49,185 nucleotides of DNA from an uncultured Gammaproteobacteria bacterium (GTDB lineage Bacteria; Patescibacteriota; Patescibacteriia; UBA2591; UBA6264). The stretch's first letter is position 1. Every line of letters starts with the position of its first letter. Below are positions 9,267 through 17,815 of this stretch, in pieces. The stretch lies in the NCBI GenBank assembly GCA_964580825.1, contig CAZOLB010000003.1, forward strand, positions 1 through 49,185, in the 5' to 3' direction. The position numbers were made by a program, and so were the translations under genes. The notes under the pieces are model-generated. The model was not told the DNA's origin. It saw only the letters and a program-made list of their open reading frames with translations, and ran no database searches.

Positions 9267-9337
9267 AGCGGGATACCAGAATCGGACTGGCGTCTCCACC
9301 TTGGAGGGGTGGCGTACTACCACTATACGAATCCCGC
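9267..9337 (-). tRNA. tRNA-Gly (anticodon UCC), CCA not encoded, with unusual loop residues
   Basis: Manual cloverleaf: acceptor GCGGGAT/ATCCCGC, D-arm GTAT-AGTGGTA-GTAC, anticodon arm CCACC-CCTCCAA-GGTGG, T-arm GCCAG-TCCGATT-CTGGT. Position 33 reads C, and the T-loop reads TCC where TTC is expected. Confidence 0.75.
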
Positions 9338-9492
9338 ATTTTAATAATCAAAATTATGTCAGATTTCCTAATTTTGTCAAATTATGGCATTTGGCTTGTG
9401 ATTTCGTGGATATTTGTTAAAATAAAAGCGTTATGGCTTAATAAGTAATCGTCCTTGAAAAGAATTTATGAAAAGGGACGGAACAAAATATT

Positions 9493-9921
9493 ATGATTTT
9501 TATCGGTTCAGACCACGCCGGCTTTAAATTAAAACAGGTGGTGAAAAAATATTTGGCCGACCTCGGAATTAAATATCAGGATGTTGGCAATCAAGAATTT
9601 GACCCCGATGATGATTATACCGATTTTGCTGAAGCAGTGGGTAGGCGAGTTGTGGTCAGTAAAGGCGGCAAAGGGATTTTGATTTGTTCCAGCGGGATTG
9701 GCATGGCAATGGCGGCAAACAAAATTAAAGGCGTCCGCGCGGCCAATGTTTTTAATTTGGCCATGACGGAAAAATCGCGTCAGAATAACAACAGCAATGT
9801 TTTATGTTTAGGACAAAGTTATATTAGTCCGAACTTGGCGAAAAGAATAATAGGGGTTTGGCTAAGAACCAAATTTAGTTCGGCGCCTCGACATCGGCGG
9901 CGGTTAAACAAAATTGAGTAA
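9493..9921 (+). CDS. rpiB: Ribose-5-phosphate isomerase B
   Basis: IFIGSDHAGFKLK and ILICSSGIGMAMAANKIKGVRAA are RpiB/LacAB family signatures. Confidence 0.9.
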   Translation: MIFIGSDHAGFKLKQVVKKYLADLGIKYQDVGNQEFDPDDDYTDFAEAVGRRVVVSKGGKGILICSSGIGMAMAANKIKGVRAANVFNLAMTEKSRQNNNSNVLCLGQSYISPNLAKRIIGVWLRTKFSSAPRHRRRLNKIE

Positions 9922-9979
9922 AATTATCCGGTAAAAGCGAAATTTTACGGCGTTTAGCGCCAAGATTATTTTAGATATT

Positions 9980-10621
9980 ATGGGAAAAAAAATTATTCCG
10001 GTTATTTTAACCAATAAAAGAGAAAAGTTAGTCATTAAGTTGAGAAAATTGAAGGGATTGGCCAAAGAAACGCAGATTGATATCGCCGACGGCAAGTTTG
10101 TTAATAATCAGACCGTGGGCCTTGAGGACTTGATTCAAGTCAGGCCGCACCTTGTGACTGAAGTCCATTTGATGGTTTTAAAACCGGAAAGTTATTTAAT
10201 TCAAGCCAAGAAGGCGGGAATAAGAACGGTAATTTTTCATTTTGAGTCCGTTAAAAATATTTCGACGGTCTTAAAAAAAATAAAAGATTTTGGTTTTAAA
10301 AGGGGGCTGGCGATAAATCCGGAGACGCCAGTAAGAAAAATCAAACCTTATTTAAAAAAATTGGACTTGGTTTTATTAATGAGCGTTCGCCCCGGTTTTG
10401 GTGGGCAGAAATTTCTTCCCTCGACAATCGATAAAATAAAAGCGTTGCGGCTAATGAGTAAAGATATTAAAATTGAGGTTGACGGCGGAATTAATTTGTC
10501 CAATGCCGAAAAAATCGCCAAGGCGGGAGCGGATTATCTTGTGGTGGGCGTCCATTTGCTCAATACCCCCAATATTAAAAAAAGATTTAAGCAATTGCAA
10601 TTGGCAATAAATAATCGATAA
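9980..10621 (+). CDS. rpe: Ribulose-phosphate 3-epimerase
   Basis: The motifs VHLMV, MSVRPGFGGQKF and IEVDGGIN match, the length is 213 aa, and it lies between rpiB and tkt. Confidence 0.85.
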   Translation: MGKKIIPVILTNKREKLVIKLRKLKGLAKETQIDIADGKFVNNQTVGLEDLIQVRPHLVTEVHLMVLKPESYLIQAKKAGIRTVIFHFESVKNISTVLKKIKDFGFKRGLAINPETPVRKIKPYLKKLDLVLLMSVRPGFGGQKFLPSTIDKIKALRLMSKDIKIEVDGGINLSNAEKIAKAGADYLVVGVHLLNTPNIKKRFKQLQLAINNR

Positions 10622-10635
10622 ATTTTTAATAACAG

Positions 10636-12486
10636 ATGATTCAACTAATTGAGTTGAAAAAAATAGCCAAGCTAATCAGATATTGGATTTTATCTTCCAC
10701 TACTCAGGCCGGATCGGGGCATCCGACATCGTGTTTGTCGGCGGTGGAGTTGATGGTTGGGTTGTTTTTTAGCGGACGATTTAGGTTTGATTTGGAAAAT
10801 CCCGAATATATCGGCAATGATCGCCTTATTTTTTCCAAGGGACACGCGGCGCCCTTGCTTTATTCTCTTTGGGCGGCCGCTGGAGCAGTCAAACAAGAGG
10901 CATTAATGACTCTAAGAAAATTTGACAGCCCTTTGGAAGGTCATCCGACTCCCGTTTTCCCCTACGTCGAAGCGGCCACGGGTTCTTTGGGGCAAGGATT
11001 GTCCATTGGTTTAGGATTGGCGTTAAACGCCAAATATCTCGATTTTTCTCCCTACCGAACGTTTGTTTTGCTGGGCGACGGCGAAATGGCCGAAGGATCG
11101 CAATGGGAGGCGATTCAACTGGCGGGTTATTATAAATTGAATAATTTAGTCGGCATTTTAGACGTCAATCGTTTGGGTCAGTGCGGGCAGACGATATGCG
11201 GGCATTCTTTAAAAGAATATGCCAGAAGGATTTCAAGTTTTGGCTGGAAAACGATTATGGTCAACGGTCATAATCTGAAACAGATTATTAGCGCTTATGA
11301 TCGCGCTTTTAAAAGTAAGGCGCCGACGATGATTATCGCCAAAACCCTTAAAGGCAAGGGAATAAGTTTTTTACAGGATAAAAATGGCTGGCACGGTCGA
11401 GCGCTTTCTTCTGGCGAATTTAAAAAAGCGATCGGCGAATTAGGGAGAGTGGATGTTTCAATTCGCGGACGGATTTTAAAGCCGAAATCGGCGGAAAAAA
11501 TCAAACCGCGGATTATAATTCGCCGGCCAATAAAAAAAATACGGGCGGAATATAAAAAGGGGCAAATGATAGCCACGAGAAAGGTTTATGGTCGGGCCTT
11601 GGCGAGAATTTTCCCCAGGTTTCCCGAATTAGTGGCTTTAGACGCCGAAGTTTCCAATTCCACTTACACTGAAACGTTCAAGAAAATCCATCCTAAAAGT
11701 TTTTTTGAGATGTTTATTGCCGAACAAAATATGGTTGGCGCGGCTCTGGGGCTGGCTCGTCAAGGTAAAATTCCCTTTGTTTCCAGTTTTGCCGCTTTTT
11801 TAACTCGGGCTCATGATCAGATTAGAATGATTCAATATTCGTCAAAATTCGCCAATGTTAAATTTGTGGGTTCGCATGCCGGAGTTTTTACCGGCCAAGA
11901 CGGACCCTCGCAAATGGGACTTGAGGATTTGGCAATGTTTCGTTCTGTTTTAAATAGCGTGGTTTTTTATCCGGCCGACGCGGTGGCCATGGAAAAATTA
12001 GTCGAACGCGCGGCTGAACATTTTGGTTTGGTTTATATTCGAACGACTCGTCAAAATATGCCGGTTATTTATGATTGCAAAGAGAGTTTCGTCGTTGGCG
12101 GCAGTAAGACATTAAAACAAAGTCAAAAAGACGTTATTACCGTCGTTGCCGCCGGAATCACTCTTCATCAAACCCTAGCCGCTTATTGGTCTTTAAAAAA
12201 GCAAGGTATTTTAATCAGGGTGATCGATCTCTATTGTATTAAACCGGTTGATAAACTGGCGCTGGTAAAAGCCGCCAAGGAGACGAAATGTATTTTGACA
12301 GTTGAAGATCATTTTGCCGAAGGCGGATTGGGCGAGGCGGTTCGCGGCGCTTTGACGGGTATAGCGGCAAAAATTTACTCTTTAGCAGTTAAGAAAATTC
12401 CCGGAAGCGGGACCCCGGAACAACTTCTTGATTATGAAGAAATTTCTCAAAAAGCGGTTATTGAGAAAATAAAGGAGTTGGTTTGA
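10636..12486 (+). CDS. tkt: Transketolase (single-chain, N- and C-terminal halves fused)
   Basis: GSGHPTSCLSAVELMV and GDGEMAEGSQWEA (TPP-binding) are present, with pyrimidine-binding and C-terminal domains. 616 aa. Confidence 0.9.
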   Translation: MIQLIELKKIAKLIRYWILSSTTQAGSGHPTSCLSAVELMVGLFFSGRFRFDLENPEYIGNDRLIFSKGHAAPLLYSLWAAAGAVKQEALMTLRKFDSPLEGHPTPVFPYVEAATGSLGQGLSIGLGLALNAKYLDFSPYRTFVLLGDGEMAEGSQWEAIQLAGYYKLNNLVGILDVNRLGQCGQTICGHSLKEYARRISSFGWKTIMVNGHNLKQIISAYDRAFKSKAPTMIIAKTLKGKGISFLQDKNGWHGRALSSGEFKKAIGELGRVDVSIRGRILKPKSAEKIKPRIIIRRPIKKIRAEYKKGQMIATRKVYGRALARIFPRFPELVALDAEVSNSTYTETFKKIHPKSFFEMFIAEQNMVGAALGLARQGKIPFVSSFAAFLTRAHDQIRMIQYSSKFANVKFVGSHAGVFTGQDGPSQMGLEDLAMFRSVLNSVVFYPADAVAMEKLVERAAEHFGLVYIRTTRQNMPVIYDCKESFVVGGSKTLKQSQKDVITVVAAGITLHQTLAAYWSLKKQGILIRVIDLYCIKPVDKLALVKAAKETKCILTVEDHFAEGGLGEAVRGALTGIAAKIYSLAVKKIPGSGTPEQLLDYEEISQKAVIEKIKELV

Positions 12487-12527
12487 TTTTTTTTGGAAAC
12501 AGGATTTCGGACAATTTTATGAAATAT

Positions 12528-12551
12528 AAAAGCCGGCGGAAGCCGACTTTT
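12528..12551. terminator. Bidirectional hairpin terminator between convergent tkt and trxB
   Basis: AAAAGCCGGC-GGAA-GCCGACTTTT (one mismatch, GNRA-type loop) flanked by A- and T-runs. Confidence 0.6.
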
Positions 12552-12574
12552 TAAGTTTCTAAGTTCGTTTTTTG

Positions 12575-13498
12575 TCAGCGCGATTTATTCAGATAATCAA
12601 CGACGGACAGAGCAGCGATAACACCTTGCCCCGAAGCAATGGCAATTTGTTTGTAAGGGATATTAGTGACGTCGCCGGCGGCAAAAAGACCCTTGATATT
12701 TGTTTGTCCCATTTGGTCGGTGATAATCTCGCCATATTGATTTTTAAGAGTTTGCTCGGGAACAAATTGGCTGTTGGGAATCATCCCGATATGAACGAAG
12801 ACGCCATCAACCTTCAGAGTTTGTTTTTGATTATTTTTGTCTTTATAGGTCAATTCTTTAATAAAATCCCCGCCGGAAATTTCCAAAGTGAGAGCGTTGT
12901 AAATAATTTCAACTTTATTGGCCTTTTGGACTTTGTCAAAGATAATTTTATCCCCTTTAAATTGGGGGTTTTTGTTAATTAAATAAACTTTGGAAGCAAA
13001 CTCGTTAAGCATGAGAGCCGATTCCAGGGACGAGTTTCCTCCCCCAATAGTGGCGACCGTTTTATTTTTGAATAACGGTCCGTCGCAGACCGTACAATAC
13101 GAAAGGCCTTTGCGCCGGTACTTTTCTTCTCCTGGAATGTTAAGTTTTTTCGGATGAAGACCAGTGGCGACAATAACGGATTTTGATTGATATTTCATTT
13201 TTTGCGCCCCCTTTTGTCCGATTATTTCAAAAGAACCATCGGTAAGAGGGCTTATTTTTAAAATTTCGACGCCAGCCTCAGGTTTAAGATTATAAAATTT
13301 AAGGTGTTCTTGAAATTTTTTTGCCGTTTCCACGCCGTTGGTTTTTCCCCAGCCGGGCAGGTTCTCAATTTCGCCGGAAATAGCCATTTCCCCACCTAAA
13401 TCGTAAGTGACGATTTTAAAATTCAGATTTCTGCGAGCCGCGTAAATCGCGGCGGAAATTCCAGCGGCTGAACAACCGATGATAATTAAATCCAACAT
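12575..13498 (-). CDS. trxB: Thioredoxin-disulfide reductase
   Basis: The FAD motif DLIIIGCSAAGISAAIYAARR, redox-active CTVCDG, the NADPH motif TIGGGNSSLE and AAGDV are present. 307 aa. Confidence 0.9.
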   Translation of the reverse strand: MLDLIIIGCSAAGISAAIYAARRNLNFKIVTYDLGGEMAISGEIENLPGWGKTNGVETAKKFQEHLKFYNLKPEAGVEILKISPLTDGSFEIIGQKGAQKMKYQSKSVIVATGLHPKKLNIPGEEKYRRKGLSYCTVCDGPLFKNKTVATIGGGNSSLESALMLNEFASKVYLINKNPQFKGDKIIFDKVQKANKVEIIYNALTLEISGGDFIKELTYKDKNNQKQTLKVDGVFVHIGMIPNSQFVPEQTLKNQYGEIITDQMGQTNIKGLFAAGDVTNIPYKQIAIASGQGVIAALSVVDYLNKSR

Positions 13499-13514
13499 AA
13501 TATTTGTTTATTTA

Positions 13515-14333
13515 CTAAGTATTATGTTCCCATAAAGGAAGAAGTTCTTGAGTTAGGGTTTCTACGTCTCGCCTTGCCGCTCTAATGAGTTCCGGGTCGG
13601 CCGGTTTGCGAATCAACTTATTATTGATATATGGCTTGTTTGATTTATCTTCCTCTATTGTTTGTATTTTGTGGACTCCCAAAAAATCGGCTTTATAAAA
13701 AGCATCTCTTCCTACACTGTCGACATTCCCATAAATAAGACGGGCTCCAATTCTCGGATCAAAATATTGAGGCCCCCATTTTAAAGAAAGGGCGGCAATA
13801 TCGAAATCTACACCTGCATCTTCCAAAATATCGACAATTCGTTTGATGGTGTAGCCCGAAGAAATAAATTCGGTCGACACTAATGCTTTTTTTATAGAGT
13901 ATTTTTTACTCTCAACGAATTTTTCAATTGGATCGTATGAATCGAGAGAAAGTCTCGATGGTTTTGATGGCTGAAAATCATCGTCATAGATGTAGCGTCC
14001 AGGCAGAAAAAAGATTTTCGTTTTCGGCTTTTTTTGTTCACTTCTTTTCTTATCGATCATCTTTTTAAGAAAAAGCGAAACGAATCGGCCGCTGGCGTCG
14101 TCGCTTAAAATAGTGTCGTAATTAACCGCTTTATCTTTGAGTTCCAAACATAAACGGGACAAAGATTTAACTACTTGTTCTCTGCTTGTAAGAGGAAGGT
14201 CGATTCTTATTTTTTGAGAAATAGAATCGATATTTATTTTTTCGGAAATTATTTTTTCTGCTTCTTCGTCGGTAAATTTTCGATTGTCTTCCTGTTTTTG
14301 TTCAAAAAATTTTTTAAAAAATTCAAACCCCAT
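13515..14333 (-). CDS. Hypothetical protein with a degenerate phosphoribosyltransferase-like core
   Basis: ALVSTEFISSGYTIKRIVDIL resembles the PRPP-loop region of type I PRTases, but the acidic pair is replaced. No other recognisable motif. Confidence 0.35.
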   Translation of the reverse strand: MGFEFFKKFFEQKQEDNRKFTDEEAEKIISEKINIDSISQKIRIDLPLTSREQVVKSLSRLCLELKDKAVNYDTILSDDASGRFVSLFLKKMIDKKRSEQKKPKTKIFFLPGRYIYDDDFQPSKPSRLSLDSYDPIEKFVESKKYSIKKALVSTEFISSGYTIKRIVDILEDAGVDFDIAALSLKWGPQYFDPRIGARLIYGNVDSVGRDAFYKADFLGVHKIQTIEEDKSNKPYINNKLIRKPADPELIRAARRDVETLTQELLPLWEHNT

Positions 14334-14337
14334 ATTG

Positions 14338-15957
14338 TTAGAACATAGAAGATAAAATAGGACTATCTCCGGAAAAATAGAGATAAAAAGAAATTATAAC
14401 AAGAATGACCGGCAAAATAAAGGCCCAAAGGGCGGGATGGCTTGCAATTTTTTCTTGTTCTGTTTGGAGATATTTCAAAGAAACGGTTGAATTAAGTCCG
14501 CGATAAAACCAGCCAATGGCGCGAGAAGGCGCGCCAAGCAGTTTTTTGATTTTTGTCAGAGCGAAGAACAGGTTGCCGATAGAGCCGAGCGCCGAAGTGT
14601 AATTTAAAAAAATGAGCCCGGTTGAATCCTGATACATCATATCTTCGCTGAATATATAACCGGGAATTCCCCGGCCAATCGTCCGCCCGGACAGAGAAAT
14701 CAGTTTTCCTTTAATGGGTGAAGCGTAAGGATTGCGCATTTGTTCAAGAATAGTGGTTTCAATTGGCTCGCCAAAAGGAAATTTATAAGGAAGTTGTAAA
14801 ATCAAGCCAAGGGCAAAAATAGCTAAAAGAAAGACGGGTGGGATAAAAAATAATCCCGCCAAGACAAGAATATAAGGCAGAAGCGCGATAAGAAGTTCAA
14901 AGAAAAAATCGCCGTATAACTTTTTTTTGTCGATTTTCAGCCGTTGTTCGGCGGCTTCAACGTTGAAAAGAAGCGGTTGTCCTTGTATTTTGGCGATTTT
15001 ATCCAAGTGGCTGATTCTTTTGCCGGTTAGCGGATGAGTGGAATTCAGTTCAGTTAGTTTTGCCCAAGGGTTTATTTTATCAAAAACCATCACCTCGGCA
15101 AGAATATCGGGATTGTTTTGGGTGATATAAGAGATGACTCCATAGTGTTTCGCGTTTTTAACGTCAATAATTCCCAAATGCCTGGTGGATTGAAGAAGCC
15201 TTTTTGAACTGTTATCATCTTCGGCTGTAACTATGCCGTAAGCTATTTTTATTAAAGCGTTGGCAAGGTCTTTTGGTTGGGTGAATTTGGCGGAAAAGGC
15301 GTCGGCAAGATACTCGCGCGTTCGGCTTAGATAAAAAACAAGATAAATGCCGATTATATAAAAAACATAAGAAATAAGGGCGATAGCCAGAGCCGGAAAT
15401 TTGTTTTTTTCTTTATTGTTTTTTCTCGCCATTCTTATGGAGAAAAAATAAATTTCGTAGAGTATTTGGATGAGAGTGCTGGCGATCATCATAACGATGA
15501 AATCCCGATGAACGATATGCCCCATTTCATGGGCGACGACCGCTTTTACTTCTTGCGGATTAAGAAAATGGAGAAGACCCTCGGTGAGAACGAGGCGGGC
15601 GTTAAAACGTCCCGAACCATAAGTGAAAGCAGTTGGATTTTTATCGGGAATAATTCCGACTTTGGGAAAAGAAAAGTGGTATTGGGAGGATATTTGTTCT
15701 ATAAATCCGGCAATTTCGGGATGTTGTTGAATAAGATCTTCTTTTTTCAGGAAATTTACTTTATAAAACCACTTATTGATTAAATCAGTAAAAAACGGCC
15801 CGACCAGCCATAAGATAAAATTAATGCCGAGCGTCAAGCCAATGGCGAGTCCGAGGTTAATGTTTTCAGTGTAAATCAAAATCAAAATAATTCCTCCGGC
15901 AACGAAAGAAAAAATAATGACTAATGTGAATAAAGAAGCGAAAAATAATTTTCCCAT
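14338..15957 (-). CDS. M48 family (HtpX-like) membrane zinc metallopeptidase with a long C-terminal membrane extension
   Basis: HEMGHIVHRD is an HExxH motif and multiple TM helices are present. The start is set at MGKLFFASLF (15957) because the longer ORF (to 16017) runs into tRNA-Pro. Confidence 0.8.
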   Translation of the reverse strand: MGKLFFASLFTLVIIFSFVAGGIILILIYTENINLGLAIGLTLGINFILWLVGPFFTDLINKWFYKVNFLKKEDLIQQHPEIAGFIEQISSQYHFSFPKVGIIPDKNPTAFTYGSGRFNARLVLTEGLLHFLNPQEVKAVVAHEMGHIVHRDFIVMMIASTLIQILYEIYFFSIRMARKNNKEKNKFPALAIALISYVFYIIGIYLVFYLSRTREYLADAFSAKFTQPKDLANALIKIAYGIVTAEDDNSSKRLLQSTRHLGIIDVKNAKHYGVISYITQNNPDILAEVMVFDKINPWAKLTELNSTHPLTGKRISHLDKIAKIQGQPLLFNVEAAEQRLKIDKKKLYGDFFFELLIALLPYILVLAGLFFIPPVFLLAIFALGLILQLPYKFPFGEPIETTILEQMRNPYASPIKGKLISLSGRTIGRGIPGYIFSEDMMYQDSTGLIFLNYTSALGSIGNLFFALTKIKKLLGAPSRAIGWFYRGLNSTVSLKYLQTEQEKIASHPALWAFILPVILVIISFYLYFSGDSPILSSMF

Positions 15958-15974
15958 ATTTTTTGTATTTAAGT

Positions 15975-16048
15975 TGGTCGGGGCACAGAGATTTGAACTC
16001 TGACTAAATCCTCCCAAAGGACTCGTGCTACCATTACACTATGCCCCG
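15975..16048 (-). tRNA. tRNA-Pro (anticodon UGG), CCA encoded
   Basis: Manual cloverleaf: acceptor CGGGGCA/TGCCCCG-A-CCA, anticodon arm AGTCC-TTTGGGA-GGATT (G37), T-arm CAGAG-TTCAAAT-CTCTG. Confidence 0.85.
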
Positions 16049-16567
16049 TTTTCTTTTATCTTACCTTGATTTTTTTGAGAAATCAAGGTTTTGTTAAAAT
16101 GTTAAAATAAGAAATCAATAAGGGCTAAATAATAGCCGCCCTTTAGCTTTTTGGCTTAGCGGGCGGCGTTTTTTTTGTGGCATAACGGATCGCGTCATGC
16201 CACTTCCCGGCGAACGGTTTTTTTCCATTGCCAGAAACAAGAGTAAGGCCCTCCGATTTATTAAAAAAATATTTTTTATTTTTTAAACAAAAAGGTCGGC
16301 TGTTTTGCCGACTCGATTTTTTAACACTGTCTTAAAAAGATGAGTCGGCTTTTAGCTGACCGCTAAAGTAACGACCAAAATCAAACCAACGGGCGTCGGT
16401 TTTATCAGTTTCGCAAATTGTTTTGTTTTTTTGGCCATTGAGAGATCGTTAATTTTTTAACTGCTGTAGATTATACGCGATTTTAAAATAAAAACAAGAA
16501 TTTTATCCACGGGGGACTTGACTCTAAATGTTTATTTGATGTTTTAGCGTCCAAATGTTAAAATATT

Positions 16568-17722
16568 ATGATGATTTATATTATTTGCCATTATGGAGAA
16601 ATAGGGCTTAAGGGTAAAAATCGGGGATTTTTTGAAAAAAAATTGGTTGAGAATATTAAAACGACTTTGAATAAGGATTTTTTTAACGAGGTTAAGAGAA
16701 TTTCCGGACGGTTGCTCATCAAACTGACCGCCAAAGGAGAAGAAGAAAGAGAAGAAATCGAGAAAACTCTAAAAAAGGTTTTTGGTTTGGTTTATTTCGC
16801 TTTCGCCGAGAGAGAAGAACAAAAGATCGAATCAATCGAAAAACGAGCCGCGGATTTGATTAGAGAAAAAAATTTTGAGACATTTCGCGTTTCCACTCAG
16901 AGATCAAAAAAAGATTTTTTTCTAACCTCGCCGGAGATAAACGAGAAGGTCGGGGGCGGACTCAAGAAAGAATTGAATAAGCGGGTTGATTTAGAAAATC
17001 CCGACTTGACCGTATTTATCGAAATTGTGGAAAAGTACGCTTTTTTATATTTGGAAAAAATTAGCGGTCCGGGCGGTTTGCCAGTCGGCGTCAGCGGCCG
17101 GGCTTTATGTTTGATTTCCGGCGGCTTGGATTCTCCAGTAGCCGCCTGGCAGATGATGAAACGGGGATTGAAAATCGTTTTTATTCATTTTTACGCTTAT
17201 GTCGGAGATGAAAATAAGGCGTTGGAAAAAATAGAAAAAATCGCAAGTACTTTAAATCAATATCAGGCAAAGTCAAGATTATATTTAATTCCCTTTAAAC
17301 GAATTCAAGAGAGAATTTTAAAGGATAATCGGTATTGTTGCCTATGCTGTAAAAGATTGATGTTCAAGATTGCCGAAAAAATCGCGCAAGAGGAAAATTG
17401 CCAGGCCTTGGTTACCGGTGATAACCTGGGGCAAGTAGCTTCGCAAACCATTGAAAATATAAGCGTGATCGGCAAGGCGGTTAATTTGCCGGTTTTAAGA
17501 CCTTTAATCGGGTTTGATAAACAGGAGATTATTGAAATTGCCGAGGAAATCGGCACTTACGATCTTTCTTGTTTGCCGACGGAATTTTATTGTCAAAAGC
17601 TTCTGCCCAGACATCCGGCAACTAAGGCGAATCTGGAGAAAGTCGAGATAATTGAGAAAGGTTTAAAAATAGAAAAGATTTCAATAGAATCGACAGAGAT
17701 AAAAAGAGTGGAGTTGAGATAA
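16568..17722 (+). CDS. thiI: tRNA 4-thiouridine(8) synthase ThiI (THUMP + PP-loop ATPase)
   Basis: The PP-loop SGGLDSPVAAW and the motif VTGDNLGQVASQT are present, with a THUMP-like N-terminus. 384 aa, with no rhodanese domain. Confidence 0.85.
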   Translation: MMIYIICHYGEIGLKGKNRGFFEKKLVENIKTTLNKDFFNEVKRISGRLLIKLTAKGEEEREEIEKTLKKVFGLVYFAFAEREEQKIESIEKRAADLIREKNFETFRVSTQRSKKDFFLTSPEINEKVGGGLKKELNKRVDLENPDLTVFIEIVEKYAFLYLEKISGPGGLPVGVSGRALCLISGGLDSPVAAWQMMKRGLKIVFIHFYAYVGDENKALEKIEKIASTLNQYQAKSRLYLIPFKRIQERILKDNRYCCLCCKRLMFKIAEKIAQEENCQALVTGDNLGQVASQTIENISVIGKAVNLPVLRPLIGFDKQEIIEIAEEIGTYDLSCLPTEFYCQKLLPRHPATKANLEKVEIIEKGLKIEKISIESTEIKRVELR

Positions 17723-17749
17723 GTGGAATAAAAAATATTTTAGTATTTT

Positions 17750-17789
17750 AGATAAAGCGGTTTTAGTCGCGCGACTAAAACCGCTTTAT
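17750..17789. terminator. Perfect 40-nt palindrome between convergent thiI and the SpoIID-like gene (bidirectional terminator)
   Basis: GATAAAGCGGTTTTAGTCGC|GCGACTAAAACCGCTTTATC read directly. Confidence 0.7.
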
Positions 17790-17815
17790 CTATTAGATGT
17801 GTTTTAAGAATATTT

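Noticed and set aside
9251-9448. 65-aa plus-strand ORF
   Set aside because: It runs antisense across tRNA-Gly (9267-9337), so it is almost certainly a chance ORF.
12572-12982. 136-aa plus-strand ORF
   Set aside because: It is entirely antisense to the well-supported trxB gene.
15958-16017. Longer start for the M48 peptidase ORF
   Set aside because: The extra 20 codons overlap tRNA-Pro on the same strand. MGKLFF... is a normal membrane-protein start.
16049-16567. Possible RNase P RNA, SRP RNA or 6S RNA in the long intergenic region
   Set aside because: I could not find the conserved P4/CR-I (GAGGAAAGUCC) or SRP domain IV motifs on either strand. It is kept only as an unexplained structured region.
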